Of a DNA stretch of 31,198 nucleotides, positions 16,099 to 25,580 are shown piece by piece. The DNA comes from a virus (Duplodnaviria > Caudoviricetes). The stretch is from positions 1 through 31,198 of the IMG/VR virus record IMGVR_UViG_3300017565_000253. The stretch is one strand, 5' to 3'. Below the pieces are notes generated by a model. That model was not told the origin of the DNA and searched no databases. It saw nothing but the letters and a program-made list of their open reading frames with translations. Both the position numbers and the translations under genes were made by a program. Every line of letters begins with the position of its first letter. Within the stretch, counting starts at the first letter, position 1.

Positions 16099-19000
16099 GC
16101 GACCGGATGATCTCGATGATGCTGTCCACGGCGTCCTCTGAATCGAGGATCTCCAGCAGCTTTCGCCGCAGCATCCGCTCCTTCATCTTGTTGCCACGCC
16201 ATCCCGTCTGGGCTGTGCTCCGGATTGCCTCATCAACCGCCATGGTCGCAGCTTCATCCTGACCGAGATTGTCGTAGAGCGCCTTGCGCCCCGTCGTGGT
16301 CATGGTCGACGGGTATTCGCTGCCGTGCCCCGCCTTTACCGCCCTGACCAATTCCGCGATCTTTTCCAAGTATTCCGCGTAGGCGATAGCGTCGTCCTTC
16401 CGCTTCTTGACGAGGTCAGTCAGCAGTTCTGATATTCGCTCGTAGAACTTTGGGTTCACCGGCGTTTCGTCGATGATCAGCCTGCGGACGTTGTTCTCGA
16501 TGGCTTCGGCCACGTTCTCGCGTTTATTCTTCAGGGAACTTGGCAACTCCCCCTCGACTGCGGCCCCCTTGCTCGCCACCAGGTCGATCAGGCTGATATC
16601 GTCCAGATGCGAGATCACCTCGGATTCGTCGGCCTTGATATAGGTGTCGATCAGGTGCCGCATCGCGGGTTCGAACTGTTTCATGTCCACGGCATCGCCG
16701 CTGTGCAGGCGCACAGCATCACGCAGCGAAATCGCCCGTTCCACCTCGCTGCGGTACTGCGCCAACTGCAGGTCATTGACCCCGGAGGCTGCGGGATCAT
16801 CCGCCACCGATGCGAAGGCACGGGCATAGGCCCCTGCCAGCTTGTAGAGAGCCTGACGCCGCCGCGCCTTTTCATCGGCCTGCGGATCGGCCTCCCATCC
16901 TCCGGGACTGGAGAAATAGGCAAGCATCTGGTCGTCGCCTTTTGGCTGCTCAACTGGATCAAGCAGCCCGAACCAGGCGTCGCGCGCGGTCATCAGATCC
17001 TCGCCCGCCTTTTCGGCCCGCGAAGAAATCAGCCCTTCCACATCAGCAGCATCGAAGGCGTCGAAGGCGCCCGAGGTGTAATCCTCGACGGCCGTTTCGA
17101 TGTTCTTGAACAGGTCCTTGTAGTCGACGACATAGCCGTAATCCTTGTCGTCCCCGTCCAGGCGGTTCACCCGGCAGATCGCCTGGAACAGCCCATGGTC
17201 ACGCATCTGCTTGTCGATGTAGATGTAGGTCGCCGTCGGCGCGTCGAACCCGGTCAGCAGGCGGCTGACGACGATCAGCAGCTTCATCTGCGCCGGTTCC
17301 TTGCGAAATTTCCGTAGGGCCTCGGCCTCATAGGCCTCTTCATCCGTGTGCAGATCGGTCATCAGCCGGTCATAGACGCGATAAACGTACTGCTTTTCCG
17401 TCTCGCCCATCCCGGCCTCTTCGCCGGTCAGTTCCGAGGCGTTGCGCGTGTAGGACGTGACGATGGCGCATTTCCCGGCGAGGTCCGAGCCGGAATTGCG
17501 GAAGATCTCGAACAGCCTGCATGCCTCGGGGATCGAGCCCGCGACCAGCATGGCGTTGCCGCGGCCTGCCTTCAGGCGCGGCTTCAGCTCCATGTCCATG
17601 ATGATGTCATTGGCGATCTGTTCCAGCCGGTCCTTCGACGACAGCACGCGCTGCAACGTGCCCCAGCGCTGTTTCAGGGTCGCCTTGGCCACCGGGGTCA
17701 GACCCTTGGTCTTGGCCTCGAACCATTCGTCGATCTTTGTGGGCGAGGCGACACGCTGGTCGATGTCACGCGCCTCGTATCGCAGGTCCAGCACGACGCC
17801 ATCCTCGACCGCCTCGTTGAAGCGGTAGGGCGTGCCGATATAGGGGCCGAACACCTCGAGCGAGGGCTGCTTGTCCGACCGCAGCAGCGGTGTGCCGGTG
17901 AAGCCGAAGAACACCGCGCCCGGCAGGATCGACCGCATGGCGCGGGCGAGCTTCCCCGACTGCGTCCGGTGCGCCTCGTCGATGAAGACGAAGAACTCGC
18001 CCACCGGTGCGCCGATCTGGCCGCGCTGGATGTCGGCGATCATCGCGCCCAGCTCGTCCTCCTCCCGCCGCCCGAACTTGTGGACCAGCGAGGACACCAC
18101 CCGGTCTTTCGGGTCGGCCAGTGCCGCCAGCAAGTCGGCGCCGGATTTCGCGCGGCGCACCTTGTCGCCGGTGTTGCCGAAGACGTCCTCGATCTGTTTG
18201 TCCAGTTCCTTGCGATCGGTCACCACCAGGATGCGCGCGTCGGGCCGCGCCTCGCGGATCCAGCGGGCCAGCATCACCATGATCAGGCTCTTGCCCGAGC
18301 CCTGGGTCTGCCAGATGATCCCGCCCTTCTTCGCCGCCACGGCCTCTTGCGCGGCCTTCACGGCGAAATACTGGTTGGGGCGGGTGACTTTCTTGATGCC
18401 CGCATCGAACAGGATGAAATCGTTGATCAGCTCCAAGAACCGCGCGGGGGTTAGCATCTGCGCCACATCGCGGTCGAGCGGGTTGGTGATCGTGCTCTCC
18501 TCCTTCCAAGCCAGCCAATAGGGCTGCGGGGTCTGGATTGCGGCATAGCGCAGGCCCTGCATGTCGTTGCCTGCAAGGGTGATCTGCACCGTGGTGAAGA
18601 AGTGGCGGATGAACTCGGGGCGCTGGTTGTCCAGTGTCTGGCGGATGCCCGCGCCCAGATCCACGGTGGATTTCTTCAACTCCACCACGCCCAGCGCGAT
18701 GCCGTTCACATAGATCACCAGATCGGGGCGCTTGTTATAGGCCTTGGGGTTCTTGGCGGTGACGGCCACCTCTTCGGCGACGCCCAGATCATTGGCGGCG
18801 GGGTTGTCCCAATCGACAAAGCGCACGGTGACAGGGGCCTCGCCGGGGCCGGGGGTGACCTGCACGCCATAGCGCAGCATGTCATAGGTGGCGCGGTTCG
18901 CCTCATACAGCTTCAGCCCGTCCATCCGGGCGACGCGCTGCAATTCGGCGATGGCCTTGGTCGCCACCTCGGGGTCATGACCACGGGCGAGCAGCCAGGG

Positions 19001-19171
19001 GCGCAACAGGGAGGGTTCGATGTTGGCGTTGGCTTGTCCGGTTTTTTCGGGGCGCTTGTGCCAGTCGCCAAGGTAGCGCCAGCCGAGGCCGCCGGTCTGC
19101 CCGGAGGTATCGCCGCACAGCTGCGCGATCATGCGGTTCTGCGTGGCGCGTTCCGGATCGCCGATGGCCAT
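16085..19171 (-). CDS. hsdR: Type I restriction enzyme R subunit
   Basis: Nuclease motif RPDLVIYVNGI...VELK, Walker A QGSGKS, DEAH box, FTGTP, LTGFDAP and QAICRVNR. Confidence 0.97.
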   Translation of the reverse strand: MAIGDPERATQNRMIAQLCGDTSGQTGGLGWRYLGDWHKRPEKTGQANANIEPSLLRPWLLARGHDPEVATKAIAELQRVARMDGLKLYEANRATYDMLRYGVQVTPGPGEAPVTVRFVDWDNPAANDLGVAEEVAVTAKNPKAYNKRPDLVIYVNGIALGVVELKKSTVDLGAGIRQTLDNQRPEFIRHFFTTVQITLAGNDMQGLRYAAIQTPQPYWLAWKEESTITNPLDRDVAQMLTPARFLELINDFILFDAGIKKVTRPNQYFAVKAAQEAVAAKKGGIIWQTQGSGKSLIMVMLARWIREARPDARILVVTDRKELDKQIEDVFGNTGDKVRRAKSGADLLAALADPKDRVVSSLVHKFGRREEDELGAMIADIQRGQIGAPVGEFFVFIDEAHRTQSGKLARAMRSILPGAVFFGFTGTPLLRSDKQPSLEVFGPYIGTPYRFNEAVEDGVVLDLRYEARDIDQRVASPTKIDEWFEAKTKGLTPVAKATLKQRWGTLQRVLSSKDRLEQIANDIIMDMELKPRLKAGRGNAMLVAGSIPEACRLFEIFRNSGSDLAGKCAIVTSYTRNASELTGEEAGMGETEKQYVYRVYDRLMTDLHTDEEAYEAEALRKFRKEPAQMKLLIVVSRLLTGFDAPTATYIYIDKQMRDHGLFQAICRVNRLDGDDKDYGYVVDYKDLFKNIETAVEDYTSGAFDAFDAADVEGLISSRAEKAGEDLMTARDAWFGLLDPVEQPKGDDQMLAYFSSPGGWEADPQADEKARRRQALYKLAGAYARAFASVADDPAASGVNDLQLAQYRSEVERAISLRDAVRLHSGDAVDMKQFEPAMRHLIDTYIKADESEVISHLDDISLIDLVASKGAAVEGELPSSLKNKRENVAEAIENNVRRLIIDETPVNPKFYERISELLTDLVKKRKDDAIAYAEYLEKIAELVRAVKAGHGSEYPSTMTTTGRKALYDNLGQDEAATMAVDEAIRSTAQTGWRGNKMKERMLRRKLLEILDSEDAVDSIIEIIRSHDEY

Positions 19172-19201
19172 GAAATACCCCCTTGGAAACTGTTACCCGA
19201 G

Positions 19202-20329
19202 TCAGACCAGCCTGACCCGCCCTATCAAAAGATTTTGCATCATCCCCTCCTTCACCGCCCGCGCCTTGGCGAGGCGGGACTCGAGGGTCTGGATTTCGGC
19301 GTCCATGTCACGAAGGACGGAAGCGATTGCCTTTTGTTCGTCAATGGAGGGCAGCAAAACCTTCAGCTTGCGAACGTCCGAATTACTGATTGCGGGATAG
19401 TTCGAACCAGCGATGACCTCGTCGATCTGCCGCCCGATCACATCGCTCATTATCAACTCGAACAGATAGCCCGGGATAGACTTTTCGGGGCGCGGCCGCA
19501 GAACAGCAAAGCCCGTGGAACCGACCCAATCCGCACCAAGCCGGTCGAAAAGCATGTGGGATTTCAGGTTCGGCCGAACCGTCCCCAAGAGCACATCATC
19601 TTTCTGAAGGATGCGACGCGCCCGAGACGGCGCTGATCCAAAGGCGACATCTGTCCAGCCGGAGAGAACTCCTTGATTAACGTCCTCCAAGGAAATGTAA
19701 CGAAAGGCATAGTCCTTTGGGGTTCCGGCGCCGAGAGCCTCTGGGTCAACATGTGCAACGTCTGAAATTGTGGCCTCCTCCCACTCCCCCGAGAACCCCG
19801 GGAGGCGGCGGCGGGCGGTGAGGAGGTCTTGCATCGCGCCCTGCTTGATCAGGCGCTTCTTGGCGATCACCCGCTCCAACCCCGCCACCGCCCCATCCGC
19901 ATCCGACAACGCGGCGGCGATGGCCTGTTGTTCGGGGAGAGTGGGGACCGAGAACGTCATTTCTTTCAGGAATTTGAAATGTCGGTTGTATCCCGTGTTT
20001 GGGACTTCCTGCGCCGATAGCAGAAATGCCAGAAAGCGCGTGTCGTTATCGCCTCGCGCGGCGATGAGTTGCGTTCCGTCCGCCCCAATCGCAAAATCGA
20101 AATCAACGAACTTCACGATCCTTGTGTGGTCTCCGAATACGATCACGCCGCCATCTGGGGGAGTGAATCGCTTCGCAAGGTTGTTGGTGTAGCCTGCGAT
20201 CTGAGACTTTCCTTGATCTACGACAGGCAAATCGCCCTGTGCGAGGATCTCGGTTGACAGTATCTGCTTATCCTTCGCGTTTATCCGGCGATAAAGATCA
20301 TTAAACGTTGCGTTGGTGTCCTCACTCAT
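19202..20329 (-). CDS. hsdS: Type I restriction enzyme S (specificity) subunit
   Basis: Two variable TRDs, each followed by a conserved P...EQ.AIA..L.D.D...K.G.MQ.LL repeat. ATG at 20329 overlaps the hsdM stop. Confidence 0.95.
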   Translation of the reverse strand: MSEDTNATFNDLYRRINAKDKQILSTEILAQGDLPVVDQGKSQIAGYTNNLAKRFTPPDGGVIVFGDHTRIVKFVDFDFAIGADGTQLIAARGDNDTRFLAFLLSAQEVPNTGYNRHFKFLKEMTFSVPTLPEQQAIAAALSDADGAVAGLERVIAKKRLIKQGAMQDLLTARRRLPGFSGEWEEATISDVAHVDPEALGAGTPKDYAFRYISLEDVNQGVLSGWTDVAFGSAPSRARRILQKDDVLLGTVRPNLKSHMLFDRLGADWVGSTGFAVLRPRPEKSIPGYLFELIMSDVIGRQIDEVIAGSNYPAISNSDVRKLKVLLPSIDEQKAIASVLRDMDAEIQTLESRLAKARAVKEGMMQNLLIGRVRLV

Positions 20330-22764
20330 CCCGCCATCCCCATCGCCGCCAGATGCCCGGCCACCCGCGCCTCCAGCCCGGCCAGATCCTGCAGGATCTG
20401 CGGCAGGGTCTGGCCATAGCGCTCGGTCAGCACCCGCACGCGTGCGGTGAGCGTTTCCGTCCGCGCCTCGACCTCGGCCCCGATGGCGGCGGTGATGTCG
20501 GCCAGCCACTTGTCCTGCACCACAAGGGTCTGGATCTCGCCCATGGTCAGGGCGGGGTATTTCTTCAGCACGGCTTGCGTCAGCCGCGCCTCGGCCTCTT
20601 TCGCCGCGCGTTTCGCCTCGGTCTCGCCTTCAAACAGCGCGGCCGCCTGTTTCAGCAGGGCCTTTTCGTCGGGCTCCAGGCCCCTGTCCTTCAGCCGCGC
20701 CTTCACCCCGCCCGCCGTCAGCTTGGCCCCATCGGCCATCAGTTCCTCGAACAGCCCGCCCTCGGCCCCGTGTTCCTCGGCCAGCTCCTCGATCTCGCGC
20801 CCCAGTTCCTCGACCCTTGCGGTGGCCTGATCCAGCACCGCCTTTAGGTCGGCAAAGAAACGCGCGGTAATCAGGGCGGGCGGGATCACATCGGCCACAA
20901 GGCGGACCTTGTTCACCGTCAGGTCGCCCTCTTCCAGCCATTTCACCTTGCCGTCGTCGCTGGTCTCTTTCCGCGCCTCGCGCAGATCACGCGCCGCCAG
21001 CCAGCCGCCGCCCGCGATGATGAACACATCGTCCTGCATCGTCGCGGCCCAATAGGCCATCAGCCGCTGATAGGCCTCATACTTGTCGACCAGGGGTGCT
21101 GCGTCGAACCGGGTCAGCATGTCCTCGGCAATGGTGTGGATCAGGTCGCGCGGGTGGTCGCCCTGTTTGATGCCCATCAGGAGGGGGGTATTGGCAGTGA
21201 TCCAGCCGTTCAGGATGGCGGTGACCTGCGCGCGGAAGGCCGCGAAATCGGGGTGGTTGCGAATGGTCGTGCGCACCTGATCCGGGACGACCAGCGGATC
21301 GGCATAGCCCGGCCGCGGGTTCGGCCCGAACAGCGTGGCGCGCAGGGTGGGCATGATGGCCCAGAACTCGCCCAGCGCGTCGATGTCCCGCTCCGGCACG
21401 CCGCCATGCAGGTGGGCGGTGATGTCCTGCAGATCCTCGGGGTCGGAGGCGTCGATATAGCGGGGGATGTTCAGGTTGAAGTCGTTGCGGGTGATCTCGT
21501 CAAAGGGGACAAGGCGGGAATAGCCGGGGATCGTCTGCGCCCGCGTGAAGGCGTCGATGATCTTGTGGATGTCTCGCTCGCGCAGGCGGTTCTTGTTGCC
21601 GTCCTTGATGAAGCCCCGGGAGGCGTCGATCATGAAGACGGGGCGGTCCGCGCGGGCCTTCGACTTGTCCAGAACTATGATCGAGGCGGGGATGCCGGTG
21701 CCATAGAACAGGTTGGCGGGCAGGCCGATGATCCCCTTGATATAGCCGCGCTTCAGGATCTTCTCGCGCAGCCTGGCCTCGGCATTGCCGCGAAACAGCA
21801 CGCCATGCGGCAGGATGACGGCGCCCGAGCCGGTGGCCTTCATCGAGGCGAGGATGTGCAGCAGAAAGGCGAAATCGCCGTTCTTGGCGGGCGGTTCGCC
21901 ATCGTCGAAGCGTCCGTATTTCGTGTCCTCGGTCAGGCCGGCGGCCCAGGCCTTGGCCGAGAAAGGCGGATTGGCGACGACGAAGTCGAAGGTCTGGAGC
22001 GTGTGGGCATCGGCCAGGAAATGCGGCTCGGCGATGACGTCGCCCTGCGCGATCTCGGCCGTGGCGCGATTGTGCATGATCATGTTCATGCGCGCGAGGC
22101 CGCGGGTGGCGATGTCCATCTCCTGCCCGAAGATGGTGATCGGCACGCGGGCGGTCTCGGCGGCTTTCAACAGCAGCGAGCCCGAGCCGCAGGTCGGGTC
22201 GTAAACGGTTTGCTTCGGGCTGGTAGCGCGGCTGACGCCCGCCACGGCGGCGACGACCCGCGAGACCTCGGCCGGGGTATAGAACTGCCCCTTGGACTTG
22301 CCCGCCTCGGTCGCGAAGTTGCGCATCAGGTATTCGTAGGCATCGCCGAGGATGTCGTCGCCGTCGGCCCGGTTCTTCGAAAAGTTCAGCTCTTCGCGGC
22401 TGAAGATGTTGATCAGCGCGGTCAGGGTGTTGATCATCTTCTGGCCGCGCCCGAACTTTTCGGGGTCGTTGAAGAAGGCCCGATCAATCACGCCGCTGAG
22501 GTCGTTCTCTTCGGCGATGCGGGCGATGATCGTGTCCATCCCCTCGCCGATGTTCTTCGATCCGCGCAGGGCCTTCATGTCTTTGAAGGAGGCCCCGGGC
22601 GGCACCTCGATCAGCGCGTCAGGCTGGCCAGCGCGGTCGGAGACATATTTCACGAAGAGGAGCGTGAGGATGTAATCCTTGTAGAGCGACGCATCCATGC
22701 CACCACGGAGCTGGTCGCAGCTTTCCCAAAGGGATCGGTAGATGTCGCTCTTCTTGATGGCCAT
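20326..22764 (-). CDS. hsdM: Type I restriction enzyme M subunit (N6-adenine methyltransferase)
   Basis: CDQLRGGMD, GQFYTP, YDPTCGSGS (motif I), NPPF (motif IV) and FNLNIPRYID; start MAIKKSD at 22764. Confidence 0.97.
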   Translation of the reverse strand: MAIKKSDIYRSLWESCDQLRGGMDASLYKDYILTLLFVKYVSDRAGQPDALIEVPPGASFKDMKALRGSKNIGEGMDTIIARIAEENDLSGVIDRAFFNDPEKFGRGQKMINTLTALINIFSREELNFSKNRADGDDILGDAYEYLMRNFATEAGKSKGQFYTPAEVSRVVAAVAGVSRATSPKQTVYDPTCGSGSLLLKAAETARVPITIFGQEMDIATRGLARMNMIMHNRATAEIAQGDVIAEPHFLADAHTLQTFDFVVANPPFSAKAWAAGLTEDTKYGRFDDGEPPAKNGDFAFLLHILASMKATGSGAVILPHGVLFRGNAEARLREKILKRGYIKGIIGLPANLFYGTGIPASIIVLDKSKARADRPVFMIDASRGFIKDGNKNRLRERDIHKIIDAFTRAQTIPGYSRLVPFDEITRNDFNLNIPRYIDASDPEDLQDITAHLHGGVPERDIDALGEFWAIMPTLRATLFGPNPRPGYADPLVVPDQVRTTIRNHPDFAAFRAQVTAILNGWITANTPLLMGIKQGDHPRDLIHTIAEDMLTRFDAAPLVDKYEAYQRLMAYWAATMQDDVFIIAGGGWLAARDLREARKETSDDGKVKWLEEGDLTVNKVRLVADVIPPALITARFFADLKAVLDQATARVEELGREIEELAEEHGAEGGLFEELMADGAKLTAGGVKARLKDRGLEPDEKALLKQAAALFEGETEAKRAAKEAEARLTQAVLKKYPALTMGEIQTLVVQDKWLADITAAIGAEVEARTETLTARVRVLTERYGQTLPQILQDLAGLEARVAGHLAAMGMAG

Positions 22765-22836
22765 ATTGCCCCTGCCAATCTCTTGCACTACCCCCTCTTG
22801 GCGGCACGGCTTGCAAAAGGTGCTCAGGGGATTGTG

Positions 22837-23217
22837 CTATCTATCTGATGTCTGCCTTGACCATTCAACCGGAAACGGCTCCAGAGCCCGCGCCAGCGTG
22901 ATCTCCGGCCCTTGCTTCCCGTCCAGAATCGTCTCCACGATATCGGGCGAGAGCAGTGTCAGGCGCAGGATCCGGGCCATGTAGGTGAAGGCGATGCCTT
23001 CCCTCGCGGCCAGTTCGGAGATCGACGCGAACTCGCCCGACTCCAGCATGCGCTTCCAGCGGAAGGCGCGTGCCAGCGCCTTGACGAGGGTATCGTCGGG
23101 GCGGCGCTGGGTCGGGACGTCTGCAGGCAGTACCATCTCCTTCCGCCCACCGCGCCTCACGATGCGGAAAGGGACGTGGATGGTGACGGTGTCGGGAATC
23201 GGCGTGTCGCGGATCAT
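22837..23217 (-). CDS. Recombinase-associated HTH protein
   Basis: ATGA-coupled to the recombinase; LVKALARAFRW..ML..G...SISELA..EG...Y..RILRL..L.PDIV pattern. Confidence 0.75.
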   Translation of the reverse strand: MIRDTPIPDTVTIHVPFRIVRRGGRKEMVLPADVPTQRRPDDTLVKALARAFRWKRMLESGEFASISELAAREGIAFTYMARILRLTLLSPDIVETILDGKQGPEITLARALEPFPVEWSRQTSDR

Positions 23218-24536
23218 GCTGCTGCTCTAAGGTCGGTGGTGATTTCGCGCGCCAGCCCGGCCAGTCCGTCCATACGCAGCCGGACGTTCAGCCCTTCGGT
23301 GCCGATCTCGACCCGCTCGACCAACAGCGCCACGATGCGCGCCTGCTCGGCGGGGAAGAGTTCGTCCCACAATGGATCGTGCTTCTGGAGGGCTGCGCGA
23401 GCGTCAACCTCAGTGATTCCGTCGTCCTGCGTCCGCGCCGACTTCCATGTCCCAGCCACGATTTCGGGCTGGCGGAACACGGCGCGAAGCTGGTCGATGA
23501 CGGCGGCCTCAATCTCCCCCGCAGGCACCCGGCCGATGGGACACGCCCCCGCGCCGTGCTTCAGCACCGTCTGGCTGACATAGTAGCGGTAGAGCCTGCC
23601 GACCTTGCGGGTGTGGGTCGGCGAGAACGCGGCGCCATCGGGACCGAAGAGTAGTCCCTTCAGCAGCGCGGGCGTGTCGGCGCGAGTCCGGGCGGCGCGC
23701 TTGCGGGGGCTTTCCTGCAGGATGGCGTGAACCTTGTCCCAAGTCTCGCGGTCGATGATCGCGTCGTGTTCGCCGGGATAGCTCTCGCCCTTGTGGACCG
23801 CCTCGCCGATATAGGCGCGGTTCGCAAGCATCCGGTAGAGATACTTCTTGTCGATCCGGTTGCCACGAGGCGTCCCGAGCCCCCGTGCGTCGACCTCGCG
23901 GGCCAGCACCGTGCAGGAGCCGATCTCGATGAAGCGGGCGAAGATCCAGCGCACATGCGCGGCGGTGTCCGCGTCGACCAACAGCTTCCGATTTTCCACC
24001 CGGTAGCCGAAGGGCGGCACCCCACCCATCCACATGCCCTTCTTGCGGCTGGCGGCGACCTTGTCGCGGATGCGCTCAGCCGTCACCTCCCGCTCGAACT
24101 GGGCGAAGGAGAGCAGGATGTTCAATGTCAGCCGCCCCATCGAGGTGGTGGTGTTGAAGGACTGCGTCACCGAGACGAAGGTCACGCCGTTCCGGTCGAA
24201 CACCTCGACCAGCTTGGCGAAGTCGGCCAGCGAGCGGCTGAGGCGGTCGATCTTGTAGACGACGACCACATCGACCAGCCCGTCCTCGATATCGGCCATC
24301 AACCGCTTCAGGCCGGGGCGTTCCAGCGTGCCGCCGGAGATGCCGCCGTCGTCATACTGATCGCGGACCAGCACCCAGCCCTCGGAACGCTGGCTGGCGA
24401 TGTACGCCTCGCAGGCCTCGCGCTGAGCGTGGAGGCTGTTGAACTCCTGCTCCAGCCCTTCCTCGGAGGATTTCCGGGTGTAGACCGCGCAGCGCAGCTT
24501 GCGGACGAGCTTCGTTTTTTCGGGCGGCTTCATCAT
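23214..24536 (-). CDS. Large serine recombinase (resolvase plus recombinase domains)
   Basis: AVYTRKSS catalytic Ser, DDGGISG...RPGL, KIDRLSR, FAQFERE...ERI, GG.PPFGY and GEHDAII. Probable start at 24536, overlapping the DUF2924 stop. Confidence 0.95.
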   Translation of the reverse strand: MMKPPEKTKLVRKLRCAVYTRKSSEEGLEQEFNSLHAQREACEAYIASQRSEGWVLVRDQYDDGGISGGTLERPGLKRLMADIEDGLVDVVVVYKIDRLSRSLADFAKLVEVFDRNGVTFVSVTQSFNTTTSMGRLTLNILLSFAQFEREVTAERIRDKVAASRKKGMWMGGVPPFGYRVENRKLLVDADTAAHVRWIFARFIEIGSCTVLAREVDARGLGTPRGNRIDKKYLYRMLANRAYIGEAVHKGESYPGEHDAIIDRETWDKVHAILQESPRKRAARTRADTPALLKGLLFGPDGAAFSPTHTRKVGRLYRYYVSQTVLKHGAGACPIGRVPAGEIEAAVIDQLRAVFRQPEIVAGTWKSARTQDDGITEVDARAALQKHDPLWDELFPAEQARIVALLVERVEIGTEGLNVRLRMDGLAGLAREITTDLRAAA

Positions 24537-24988
24537 CTCCGCCCTCTGTGGTTCTTGAGCCCGAAGAACACCCAGCCGTTCCAGCGCGTGCCTGTGATGG
24601 CCCGCGCGATGGCGGACAACGACTTGTACGGCCGACCCTGCCACTCGAAGCCATCGGCGGTCACGGTGACGACCTGTTCGACGCCCTGCCACTCGCGCAG
24701 CAGCCGCGTGCCGTTGATCGGGCGGTCGCGGTCGGCGCGGATCCTGCGTTTCGTCGTGTCGCCGCCGTCCAGTTCCTCGCCCAGCCGTTCCAGCCGCCGG
24801 ATCGTCTCCGGTTTCAGCCCGCCATAGGCAAGTTCCTGGATGCGGTACGCCAGCCGGGATTCGAGGTAGCGTCGGTTGAACGGGGGCGGCTCGCTGTCGA
24901 ACAGGTCGCGCCACTGTTTCTTCAGGTCCGGCGTTGGCGTGGTCTTCAGCGCGGCCAGGCGCGCGGGGATGGGATCGGGCTTGTTCAT
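24533..24988 (-). CDS. DUF2924 domain protein
   Basis: LAYRIQELAYGGL, GTRLLREWQG and SLSAIARAITGTRWNGWVFFGL signature. Confidence 0.92.
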   Translation of the reverse strand: MNKPDPIPARLAALKTTPTPDLKKQWRDLFDSEPPPFNRRYLESRLAYRIQELAYGGLKPETIRRLERLGEELDGGDTTKRRIRADRDRPINGTRLLREWQGVEQVVTVTADGFEWQGRPYKSLSAIARAITGTRWNGWVFFGLKNHRGRR

Positions 24989-25188
24989 GCATTTCTCCGG
25001 TGAGTTGGAGTTGCATGACGGCATTGGTCGGGCGGATAGTGTAGGCAACGTTCTCCGGTATCGTCAGATACTTCGTCCGTCTTTCGCATCCGCAACCGAA
25101 CCAGCCCGAGCGCCAGCAGGCCGCACAGCTCAGTGCGGCGCTCTGCGGGCGTCATCTGGTCGGGCGGCAGCGGATTCGGGCGCTTCAT
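24985..25188 (-). CDS. Small hypothetical protein, first gene of the recombinase operon
   Basis: ATGA overlap with DUF2924; MTPAERR.ELC.LLA.GLVRL motif. Confidence 0.75.
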   Translation of the reverse strand: MKRPNPLPPDQMTPAERRTELCGLLALGLVRLRMRKTDEVSDDTGERCLHYPPDQCRHATPTHRRNA

Positions 25189-25223
25189 GTTTCGGTAGCC
25201 GTGATCGGTGGTACTTACCGATC

Positions 25224-25253
25224 AAAAGCCACCCCACCGGCCGTGACGGGACA
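25224..25253 (-). promoter_or_regulatory. TGTCCCG-N13-GGTGGCTTTT motif, copy 1
   Basis: Minus strand reads TGTCCCGTCACGGCCGGTGGGGTGGCTTTT, upstream of the 25188 start. Confidence 0.65.
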
Positions 25254-25376
25254 TCACTCCCTACAGGATTCAGGGTTGCGAACAGGTAGAGAACATCAGG
25301 ACTTGCCGATCACCGATTTGTCCGCGACAATCGCGAGTTGAATCAGTCGAGAGCAGTAATTCATTGAGGTAAGTTC

Positions 25377-25553
25377 ATGACGCGCGAAGCAACTCCGATC
25401 GGTCCCCATCTCCTGGAGCAGATCGAGGATGCGCGCGTGGTTCTCGCCTCTGTAGACGTAGCTTTCCGGCGGAAAGGCGACGTTGCCCTCGGTCTCCAGA
25501 GGCGACATCGCGGTATCAAGTTCCGAGCACGGCGCCACGATCGCCATGAGTAG
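25377..25553 (+). pseudogene. 58-aa ORF, probable truncated paralog of the downstream 734-aa gene
   Basis: GAGGT RBS. MTREATPIGPHLLEQIEDARVVLAS aligns without gaps to MVRVPAKTCPNLSRLFDDAEPELLS (8/25 identical). Confidence 0.4.
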
Positions 25554-25580
25554 CGCAAGTCAAAGTTCTCGGAGACTTCA

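Noticed and set aside
20330-20509. Gly/Arg-rich N-terminus of HsdS
   Set aside because: It is an alternative frame of the hsdM 3' end.
24537-25016. 600-aa version of the recombinase
   Set aside because: The extension overlaps DUF2924 out of frame and has shadow-ORF composition.
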